A DNA stretch of 64,000 bases, taken from NCBI GenBank assembly GCA_963729895.1, contig CAVSQB010000006.1, forward strand, positions 1 to 64,000, read 5' to 3'. A model generated the notes under the pieces. The model saw only the letters and a list, made by a program, of their open reading frames with translations, was not told where the DNA came from and did not search any database. Origin of the DNA: an uncultured Fibrobacterota bacterium (lineage in GTDB: Bacteria; Fibrobacterota; Chitinivibrionia; Chitinivibrionales; FEN-1185). The position numbers and the translations under genes were made by a program. Shown piece after piece: positions 9,945-17,442 of this stretch (position 1 is the stretch's first letter; each line of letters starts with the position of its first letter).

Positions 9945-10439
9945 CTAGGGTGCTTTGCGCCTTCACCGGTGGATTCCATTGTTTTTTCCGGTTCCGTTAT
10001 TCAGAAAACCGCGGTAGCGATAATCCGGGACACCTTCGGCAATTTTGTCAGGTATTCGGCGGCGAGTGAATGGAAATTCCTTTCCGGCAGCGACGCGGCC
10101 AGCCTTTCGTTCCCGAAGGAGCCGTATATCGCGTTTGTCCAGGCGATAAAGCCGGGGACTGCTTTTGTGGAAGTGACGGACACGTCAGGCGGCTTGGCAA
10201 TGAAGGATACTCTCAAAGTAATTGTGAAGGATGATATCGTTTCTGCAAAGTCGCGCGGCGCGCCGCTTGAGTCGTTCGGAACGCATCAGAAACCTATCAT
10301 CGAATACTACAATCTCTGCGGCCAGAAATTGCCCTCAACCTTGTATGGCATTACCCATGCCGACGGTATTATTCTCGAGCGCGTGATCGAGCCCACGGGC
10401 AAGGTGATTATGAGGAAGAGTTTCGTTCCGAATCCCTAA

Positions 10440-11751
10440 CAGGGTGTTGAAAAAGTCTCCCTTTTGTAAACATTTATCCTTATATTATAGGGGAACCCCA
10501 ACCAAGGAGTATTGATGAGAGGTTCCCAGCCAGCCCAAGGCGGTATGTTCAGCTTCGTTTCTCCGGATTCCCGAGTGCCGGCAACGCACCCGCTTCGTCG
10601 TGTCAAACAGTTTACGGACATAGCGCTGCGCCGCCTTTCTCGTGACTTTGAGGCGATGTACAGCCGGATGGGGCGCCCTTCGATACCGCCGGAATGGCTT
10701 TTGAAAGCACAGATATTGATGGCTTTGTTTTCGATACGGTCGGACCGGTTGTTTTGCGAGATGCTGGACTATAACATTCTGTTCCGATGGTTTCTTGACA
10801 TGGATCTGGATGCGGCATCGTTTGATCATAGTGTGTTTTCGAAGAACCGAGATCGACTTATGGAACAGGAGATTGCGCACCGGCTGATGCAGGAAATCGT
10901 GCGTCTTGCTCGTTCCGAAGAGTTGTTGTCCGATGAGCATTTCACGGTTGACGGCACGTTGATTGAAGCCTGGGCATCGATGAAGAGCTTCAAGCGAAAA
11001 GACGCGGAATCGGCGAACAAGACTGACGATGATCGGAGTAATCCGTCGGTTGATTTCCACCATGAGAAGCGAAGCAATGAGACACATCAGAGTTCGACCG
11101 ATCCAGAGGCGCTGTTGGCTCGGAAGAACAAGAGAACGGGAGCGCAGCTGGCGTATTCCGGTCACGTGCTGATGGAAAACCGAAATGGGTTGTGTGTTGA
11201 TATCGCCATTGCGCCAGCGACGGGGACAGCGGAACGGGATATGGCGCTTGAGCTGATAAAGCATGAACGCAGGCGCGGAAAACGCCGGATGAAGACGGTG
11301 GGTGCAGACAAAGGGTATCATGCAACCGAATTTATCAAGAGCCTGCGACGCCTGCACGTGAAGCCTCACATTGCCGAGAAGGCCAACACTTCGCTTAAAG
11401 GGTTGGATGGAAGAACGACTCGGCATAAGGGATACAGCGTAAGTCAACGGAAACGAAAACGGGTTGAAGAGATATTTGGGTGGATCAAGAGCGTCGGTGG
11501 CCTGCGGAAAACTCGGGTAAGAGGAATACGAATCAACCAGACTGTTGCCTACGTGGTTGCCGCAGCGTACAACTTGATACGCATGGTTAAGTTGATGCCG
11601 CAAACGGTGGGGGCAGCATGAGAATGGCCTGGGAATCCGGGGAAATGCCTCGGAACGAGGCAGGTAAAACCTCTCTGACATATGTAAAGTTGAAGTTAGG
11701 TTCATAAAAAATCAACAAGAGCGCTTCTGTTAGGACTATTTCAACAACCTG
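10440..11751 (+). mobile_element. IS5-family element copy C (1312 bp)
   Basis: Same IRs; flanks CTAA (10436-10439) and CTAG (11752-11755). Confidence 0.96.
10512..11621 (+). CDS. IS5-family DDE transposase
   Basis: Protein identical to copy B. Confidence 0.95.
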   Translation: MMRGSQPAQGGMFSFVSPDSRVPATHPLRRVKQFTDIALRRLSRDFEAMYSRMGRPSIPPEWLLKAQILMALFSIRSDRLFCEMLDYNILFRWFLDMDLDAASFDHSVFSKNRDRLMEQEIAHRLMQEIVRLARSEELLSDEHFTVDGTLIEAWASMKSFKRKDAESANKTDDDRSNPSVDFHHEKRSNETHQSSTDPEALLARKNKRTGAQLAYSGHVLMENRNGLCVDIAIAPATGTAERDMALELIKHERRRGKRRMKTVGADKGYHATEFIKSLRRLHVKPHIAEKANTSLKGLDGRTTRHKGYSVSQRKRKRVEEIFGWIKSVGGLRKTRVRGIRINQTVAYVVAAAYNLIRMVKLMPQTVGAA

Positions 11752-11760
11752 CTAGGGTTC

Positions 11761-11793
11761 GAAGAATCTCCGTCCCGCGGGACGGGATTCTTC
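11761..11793. terminator. Hairpin, probable original terminator of the fibro-slime pair
   Basis: GAAGAATC(T)CCGTCCC-GC-GGGACGGGATTCTTC, a few bp after the pre-insertion stop codon; weak U-tract. Confidence 0.5.
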
Positions 11794-11845
11794 AATTCAC
11801 GAGCGGCCCGGAGGCCGAGGGATGAGGCTAAGCTGGATGCCCGCA

Positions 11846-12062
11846 GGCCGGCATTTCGATACGATGCTTCGCATCTACTCAATGTCCTGCGGGGCAATAA
11901 CCGTTCGTCGAGTGGCCCGGGCGGAGCACGGGCTGTATCGAGACGAACGGCGCGGGCCGGTAACCCGGACGTCGAGTGTGCCGCATGAAATGCGGGACGT
12001 ATCGAGACGCCCGGGAAGGAATGTATCGAGGCGAGCGACACGGGCTGTATCGAGACGCCCGG
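11846..12062. repeat. Hairpin array upstream of the GIY-YIG gene (units A 11852-11884, B 11901-11950, C 11964-12015, two half-sites)
   Basis: Each unit is stem-GAGTR-stem-loop-stem-GTATCGA-stem; unit A is inverted. Confidence 0.92.
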
Positions 12063-12077
12063 TGTGAGGATAATGCT

Positions 12078-12368
12078 ATGAAAGGGTGGATGTACATTCT
12101 TGAATGTGCCGACGGCACCTATTACACCGGCAGCACAAAGGATCTCGAAAAGCGGGTTTGGGAACACGACAATTTTCTTGGTGCAAATTATACGAAGAAG
12201 AAACATCCCGTGAAGCTGGTTTACTGCGAAGAATTTTCCAGAATCGACGAGGCGTTTTATCGCGAGAAGCAGGTGCAGAGCTGGAGCCACGCGAAAAAGA
12301 AAGCGCTGATCGAAAAACGGAACAACGAATTGCATTCCCTTGCGAAGAAGGATTTCTCGGGACAATAA
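12078..12368 (+). CDS. Small GIY-YIG nuclease family protein (96 aa)
   Basis: WMYILECADGTYYTGST..L..R..EH....GANYT....PVKLVY.E.....A..RE.Q...W...KK.ALI; RBS GAGGA before ATG 12078. Confidence 0.93.
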   Translation: MKGWMYILECADGTYYTGSTKDLEKRVWEHDNFLGANYTKKKHPVKLVYCEEFSRIDEAFYREKQVQSWSHAKKKALIEKRNNELHSLAKKDFSGQ

Positions 12369-12678
12369 CCGTTCGTCGAGTGGCCCGGGCGGAGCACGGG
12401 CTGTATCGAGACGAACGGGGCGGGACCGTGACCCGGACGTCGAGTGTGCCGCATGAAATGCGGGCTGTATCGAGACGCCCGGGACGGGCCGGCATTTCGA
12501 TACGATGCTTCGCATCTACTCAATGTCCGGCGGGGCAATAACCGTTCGTCGAGTGGCCCGGGCGGAGCACGGGCTGTATCGAGACGCCCGGGGCGGGCCG
12601 GTAACCCGGACGTCGAGTGTGCCGCATGAAATGCGGGACGTATCGAGACGCCCGGAAAGGAATGTATCGAGACGAACG
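12363..12678. repeat. Hairpin array downstream of the GIY-YIG gene (B 12369-12418, C 12432-12483, A 12493-12525, B 12542-12591, C 12605-12655, half-site 12663-12678)
   Basis: Same units as upstream; block 11846-12030 is directly repeated at about 12487-12671. Confidence 0.92.
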
Positions 12679-12696
12679 TATAGAAAGGAATACCTT

Positions 12697-13278
12697 ATGA
12701 AAGACAGGAATCGCGTATGCCCGGTTGAACTGGCCGGAGGCCTCGATAATACGATCCGTCGTTGGTTGCAGAATCCGAGGAAAATTCTGGGACCGTATTT
12801 GCACCAGGGAATGACCGCTCTTGACATAGGCTGCGGACCGGGTTTTTTCACTGTTGAAATGGCAAAACTGGTCGGCACATCCGGCCATGTTACTGCCTGC
12901 GATCTGCAGGAGGGGATGCTCGAAAAAATGAGGGTAAAGATCCAGGACACCGAATTGGCCGACCGGATCACCCTGCATAAAACCGGTAAGAATGAAATCG
13001 GCATCCATGAACGCGTGGATTTTATTCTTGTGTTCTATATGCTCCATGAAGTTCCGGGCCGGGAGGCCTTTTTAAAGGATATCAGGTCATTGCTCAAAGA
13101 AAACGGAAGGGTCCTGATCGTGGAGCCGAATTTTCATGTGTCAAAAAGTGACTTCAAGGAAACGATCAAAAAGGCGGAAACGGCCGGGTTTACCGCAATG
13201 CAGGGTCCGAAAGTGCTGATGAGCAGGTCGATAATCCTGGCCATTGCGCACGATGAGGACGGTCACCATGCCGTTTGA
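12697..13278 (+). CDS. Class I SAM-dependent methyltransferase
   Basis: ALDIGCGPGFF motif I; FYMLHEV; RBS AAAGGAA before ATG 12697. Confidence 0.9.
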   Translation: MKDRNRVCPVELAGGLDNTIRRWLQNPRKILGPYLHQGMTALDIGCGPGFFTVEMAKLVGTSGHVTACDLQEGMLEKMRVKIQDTELADRITLHKTGKNEIGIHERVDFILVFYMLHEVPGREAFLKDIRSLLKENGRVLIVEPNFHVSKSDFKETIKKAETAGFTAMQGPKVLMSRSIILAIAHDEDGHHAV

Positions 13279-13846
13279 CCTTGACCGTATGCATTCACCC
13301 CAGGTCCTCACCTGGATAATCATACTGATGATCTACGGTTTCCTGGAAATCGGCATCGGTCTCCGCAACCGGGGCGGCTCGCGGCGTAAAAAAGTCCGCG
13401 ATGTGACGTTCTATACGGTTACCGTTCCTTCCATGGCCGCCCTGTACGGCGCCCTTGCGGAAGCCATGCTCAGAAATCATTCAATTCCCGCAGCATGGTT
13501 CGTCGCCGGCTGCCTGATACTGGCAGGGGGAATCGTCCTGCGCATCACTGCACTCCTGCAACTCGGCTCCGCTTTTTCCACCAAGGTGGAACGATCCGAA
13601 GGCCAAAAGCTCTATACAAAAGGGATTTACGGTGTTATCCGTCATCCGCTGTATTGCGCAACCCTTCTCCAGGTCTTAGGGACGGGAGTGATGTTTCATT
13701 CAATGTTCGCATTCATCCTGCTGCCGTTTTGCGTGGCAGGGATTCTGATTCGCATCCGAAAAGAAGAGCGGTTTATGGCCGCCGAGTTTTCCGAATATGT
13801 GTCGTATTCGAAATGGACACGCAGGCTGGTGCCGTGGATATATTAA
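13268..13846 (+). CDS. Isoprenylcysteine carboxylmethyltransferase-family membrane protein
   Basis: Hydrophobic; LYTKGIYGVIRHPLY, EERFM...EY, RLVPWIY. Confidence 0.88.
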   Translation: MPFDLDRMHSPQVLTWIIILMIYGFLEIGIGLRNRGGSRRKKVRDVTFYTVTVPSMAALYGALAEAMLRNHSIPAAWFVAGCLILAGGIVLRITALLQLGSAFSTKVERSEGQKLYTKGIYGVIRHPLYCATLLQVLGTGVMFHSMFAFILLPFCVAGILIRIRKEERFMAAEFSEYVSYSKWTRRLVPWIY

Positions 13847-13893
13847 AAAGAGACACCGCCGCCGTGCCGGAAATAATAATGGACAAGTGCTAT

Positions 13894-14336
13894 TGGATGG
13901 CTGAGCCGGGTGACCCCAAAGTAAGTTTATTTGCGAGAATCCAATCTTCGGCTGTGGGGCACCCAGAAATCAAGGGTAAGATGCGGGCGTTCCCCCTCGC
14001 AGGGCTCGGGTCGGCCCTCCCTCCAGGCCACCCCTTCGGGCGCTTCCAAGGGTCGTCGGCTGTCGGCCTCGGTGCTGCCTGCCGCGAAGGCGCGTTGTCT
14101 CGATACGCCGCTCCCCGAGTGTCCCGCCGGGATGTATCGAGGGGAGCGGCACTCGACTACCGCGCCGCGGTCAGGCAGCACTGTGCTTCTGCACACCTTA
14201 CGGTCCTGCCTAACGCAAAAAGCAAGCATGCTAAACCAGCCTTGGCTTTTGCTAACCGGGTGTTTCTAGTGTGCGCGCAACAGAAGGATCGGATTTGCCA
14301 AGGGTACATCCACGCTGCACACGCTCAGCAAACCAG
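13894..14336 (+). repeat. Composite MITE/BIME-like element: L module (13908-13964), F module (13985-14216, nested hairpin 14094-14160), R module (14257-14335)
   Basis: Ends TGGATGGCTGAGC...GCTCAGCAAACCA are imperfect inverted repeats; each module recurs elsewhere in the window. Confidence 0.8.
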
Positions 14337-14380
14337 AATCATATTTGGCGGCGGGGCCCCCATTCTTTTACTCTACCCGC

Positions 14381-15376
14381 CTACAATACCGCCGAAGGAT
14401 TCATTTTTGGAAATCGAAGCATCTTCCGCTTATATCTTTCATACCCTGCCCGCGCGATCATGGCGGCGTTGTCGGTGCATAAGGCCGGTGACGGAAAGAA
14501 AACCTTGTCTCCGAAACGGGAGACCAGGGTGCGGCGCAATTCCCCGTTGCAGGCAACGCCGCCCGCCACGCCGATGGTGCCGATGCCCGTCTGCCCCGAC
14601 GCGGCCGCAAGGTTCCTGGCCAGGGAGTCCACAATCGCCTTCTGGAATGCACGGCAGATTCCCGCCCTGTTCTGTGCGGTCCACGCTTCGCCTTTTTCTT
14701 CGCAGAAGTATTTGACGGCGGTCTTGAGGCCGGAAAAACTGAAATCGAGCGCCGGCCCGCCCATCCGCGCAACGGGAAAGGATGGTTCGTCGCCGCGGGC
14801 TGGATCCAAAGCCTCCTTCAGAGCCTCCTGTTCAATCGCGCGTCCGGCGGGGTAGGGAAAGCCGAGGAGTTTTCCTATTTTGTCAAATGCCTCGCCCGCC
14901 GCGTCGTCCACGGTCCGGCCCAGGCACCGGTATCTGCCGAAATCGTCCACACGGTAGATTGCGGTGTGCCCCCCGGACACGATGAGCGCCAGGAAGGGGT
15001 AGGTAATGTCGGGATGTTCGAGAAACAGGGAACAGAGGTGGCCTTCCAGGTGATTGACGCCCGTCACGGGGATGCCGAATTGGCAGTGAAATCCGAGGGC
15101 AAAACCGATCCCCACAAGGAGGGCGCCCGCAAGCCCGGGGCTGTCCGTCACCGCGATGCAATCCACTGCGTTGCAGGCGATCTTGTTGTTGACAAAAAGT
15201 GATTTCGCCAGAACGTCCACTTTGGCGATGTGCGCCCGCGAGGCCAGCTCAGGCACCACGCCGCCATACGCGGAATGAACGCCCTGGGTAAAGACCTCGC
15301 TTGCAAGGATGTTGCCGTCAACGAGAAGGGCAACCGAAGTCTCGTCGCACGATGTTTCAATACCCAGGGTGAGCAT
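14381..15376 (-). CDS. tsaD: tRNA N6-adenosine threonylcarbamoyltransferase
   Basis: LGIETSCDET, GGVVPELASRAH, NHLEGH, VSGGHT, DDAAGEAFDK, FSFSGLKT, GGVACN, TDNAAMI. Confidence 0.97.
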   Translation of the reverse strand: MLTLGIETSCDETSVALLVDGNILASEVFTQGVHSAYGGVVPELASRAHIAKVDVLAKSLFVNNKIACNAVDCIAVTDSPGLAGALLVGIGFALGFHCQFGIPVTGVNHLEGHLCSLFLEHPDITYPFLALIVSGGHTAIYRVDDFGRYRCLGRTVDDAAGEAFDKIGKLLGFPYPAGRAIEQEALKEALDPARGDEPSFPVARMGGPALDFSFSGLKTAVKYFCEEKGEAWTAQNRAGICRAFQKAIVDSLARNLAAASGQTGIGTIGVAGGVACNGELRRTLVSRFGDKVFFPSPALCTDNAAMIARAGYERYKRKMLRFPKMNPSAVL

Positions 15377-15651
15377 AGCGGCTTACTCCCTCGTGCGGCC
15401 GGTAAGGCATGTTGCGATCAGGATCCACACTACCTCCTCCAAAAAAAATAAGTTCCGCTTGCAAATCGTCGCAATCAATTAAGGACAAATCTGACTTGCC
15501 GGTTATGTACATAATCGGGCATAAGTACACTTTTATGACAATTTGTTTCATTACGTCAAATCAGGACCGAGTTAGTAATGCATTGATATTAAAACCAAAA
15601 GCTTGATTGCCATCCTTGGCATGATCGTGGCTTCACTATAAGGCGGAGATT

Positions 15652-16017
15652 ATGGGTGTCTCATTCAAAATACTTGTAGTCGAAGATAACCCCGCAGCGC
15701 AGGAGGCTCTCAAGCGTTCATTGTCTCGGCTCGGATGCGAAGTTTTTGCGGTTGACACTGCCGAAACAGGGATTGAAGAGCTTAAGAAGGCCCGCTATGA
15801 TGCTGTTTTTGCGGCCCTGTGCGTGAGAGAAAAAGGTGCGCGAAGCGTTGCGCGCTGGGTCAAGAACAATTCTCAACAGACGAAGTTTTTTGTGGTCACG
15901 GGCTGGAAAGGCGATCTTGAGACCAATCTTCTTCACATGGACGGGATTCATGATGTTATTCGTAAGCCTCTGATATTTACGGAAATAAGAGATAAGTTAC
16001 TTGAGTACCTTGGATAG
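15652..16017 (+). CDS. Single-domain response regulator receiver (atypical)
   Basis: KILVVEDN, VVTG, IRKP; phospho-Asp position reads Ala (YDAVFAA). Confidence 0.85.
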   Translation: MGVSFKILVVEDNPAAQEALKRSLSRLGCEVFAVDTAETGIEELKKARYDAVFAALCVREKGARSVARWVKNNSQQTKFFVVTGWKGDLETNLLHMDGIHDVIRKPLIFTEIRDKLLEYLG

Positions 16018-16032
16018 ATCGGTACAATAATT

Positions 16033-16203
16033 ATGGCCCAAACAACAAATGTATCATGCGTGGAATGCGGAAAGAAGCTTCAAAAGGACGAGTTTGAGTC
16101 CGGCTTTTGCGCTGAGTGTAACGCCAAAGTTGAAAACGACTTGCTCATTCTCAGCGAAAGCGAAGGGGACAATTTCGCGTTCCTCGCAGACCTCGCAATC
16201 TGA
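16033..16203 (+). CDS. Small CxxC...CxxC zinc-ribbon-like protein (56 aa, not in the ORF track)
   Basis: MAQTTNVSCVECGKKLQKDEFESGFCAECNAKVENDLLILSESEGDNFAFLADLAI; starts 15 bp after the receiver stop. Confidence 0.7.
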   Translation: MAQTTNVSCVECGKKLQKDEFESGFCAECNAKVENDLLILSESEGDNFAFLADLAI

Positions 16204-16371
16204 CATTTCTTTGGCTCATTCTTCTTGAGCACAAATAAAGTGGAATGACGCAGCGTAATCACTATCCACGGCCGGATCTTCCTGTAAGAAATATTTATTT
16301 TTTTGCATTTCCCGCGTAATATTGTTATATTATGGTTGGATAAAAAGGCGGTTGTTGAGGGGCTGTGAACT

Positions 16372-16563
16372 ATGAAGAAAATGGTCATTGCAACATTCTC
16401 AATCCTGGCCCTCGCGGTATTTTCCTTTTCTCAGGCTCCTGTTTCAACCGACGACTCGCTCAAGATCTCTTCGCAATCGCAATCTGTCAATTTGGGCAAG
16501 AAGACCATCGTTACGCCGAAACCTCCCACCAACTGGTCGAAAATAAAGGATCTTTTCAGATAG
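16372..16563 (+). CDS. Small secreted hypothetical protein
   Basis: MKK plus hydrophobic signal peptide (AVFS); ends NWSKIKDLFR; followed by a long palindrome. Confidence 0.7.
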   Translation: MKKMVIATFSILALAVFSFSQAPVSTDDSLKISSQSQSVNLGKKTIVTPKPPTNWSKIKDLFR

Positions 16564-16573
16564 GGTTCTCCTG

Positions 16574-16622
16574 TCCGGAATAAGAAAGGGGAATGCGTCG
16601 CATTCCCCTTTCTTATTCCGGA
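16574..16622. terminator. Perfect 24-bp inverted repeat, probable bidirectional terminator
   Basis: TCCGGAATAAGAAAGGGGAATGCG-T-CGCATTCCCCTTTCTTATTCCGGA between convergent genes. Confidence 0.75.
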
Positions 16623-16637
16623 AAACGACTTTTCCCG

Positions 16638-17441
16638 CTACGGTTTCCATTCCATGTCTGATTCCTGGCCATACAGGCGCGGGGTGATGGTGCCGATACT
16701 CACCGAAAATCCGAATTCCTGGACCGGCGCCCTGGCGTTGAACTGGACCTTTGGCCCCGCCGTAAGTTCCAGGGAAAGGTACAAGAGGTTCTTGGTGCCG
16801 AGGTTTGCCGACGGAAAGTAGTCGACGGCCAGCCAGCCCCGGACGTTGTTGACATTTGAATAGGCGCCCTGCTTCCCGGTATAGTCGGTGGTTTTCCCCT
16901 CAATAAGGTATACTTCCGACCCGGCGGTCACGTATCCGAAGCCGGGGATATGAAATTGAAACCCCAGGGCGCCGGCCGCGTCGGTCCCGCCGTAGGTCGT
17001 GCCCGAGCCGTTCTTGGATGAGAAGACGTTTCCCTGCACTATGCCGATCAGGGACATCACGTTGTTGAAGAAAAACGGCGTTCCAAGTTTGAGATGGCCG
17101 CCGCCGGACAGGCCGTAGCCGCCGTGGAACACGCCGAAGGTGTCGGTGGCGGTGGTGTCGCCTGCCACGTCCATCTGGGTTGTCCCGCCGTCGATCCCGA
17201 AGTTCAGGAAAGAAAATGGGGAATAGGACAGGCGCGCCTGGACCCGGTTCATAATGCTCGGGACCGTGCCGTTGGTGATGGAGTTTCCTCCAAGGTCGTA
17301 CGATGCGCCGATGGACAGGCGCGCAGGCGGAATCAGCACTGCCGGGTCCGCCAGGTTAGCCGCGTGGGCAGTGCCGCACGCCAATGCGATGGCGCCGATA
17401 AGGCGCAGCGTTTCTTTCAAGGGCATCCTTTCTTTTCTCAT
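16638..17441 (-). CDS. Exported hypothetical protein, probable outer-membrane beta-barrel
   Basis: Signal peptide (AHA); Gly/aromatic alternating beta-strand pattern; starts immediately after the upstream adhesin stop. Confidence 0.7.
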   Translation of the reverse strand: MRKERMPLKETLRLIGAIALACGTAHAANLADPAVLIPPARLSIGASYDLGGNSITNGTVPSIMNRVQARLSYSPFSFLNFGIDGGTTQMDVAGDTTATDTFGVFHGGYGLSGGGHLKLGTPFFFNNVMSLIGIVQGNVFSSKNGSGTTYGGTDAAGALGFQFHIPGFGYVTAGSEVYLIEGKTTDYTGKQGAYSNVNNVRGWLAVDYFPSANLGTKNLLYLSLELTAGPKVQFNARAPVQEFGFSVSIGTITPRLYGQESDMEWKP

Positions 17442-17442
17442 A

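Larger units (their letters stand above)
7429..10439 (+). pseudogene. Second fibro-slime domain protein, split by IS5 copy B (fragments 7429-8632 and 9949-10439)
   Basis: GNDDIWVFINRKLALDLGGIH. Removing 8633-9944 and one CTAG restores the frame ...VPL-GCFAPSP-VDSIVF... to TAA 10437-10439. Confidence 0.9.

Noticed and set aside
11736..12538. ORFs with repeated peptides (e.g. VRLDTARAPPGPLDERLL) around the GIY-YIG gene
   Set aside because: Translations of the DNA hairpin repeats; the real genes start at 12078 and 12697 with an RBS.
11846..12678. CRISPR array
   Set aside because: The sequences between repeats are themselves repeated hairpins, not unique spacers; orientations are mixed; no cas genes.
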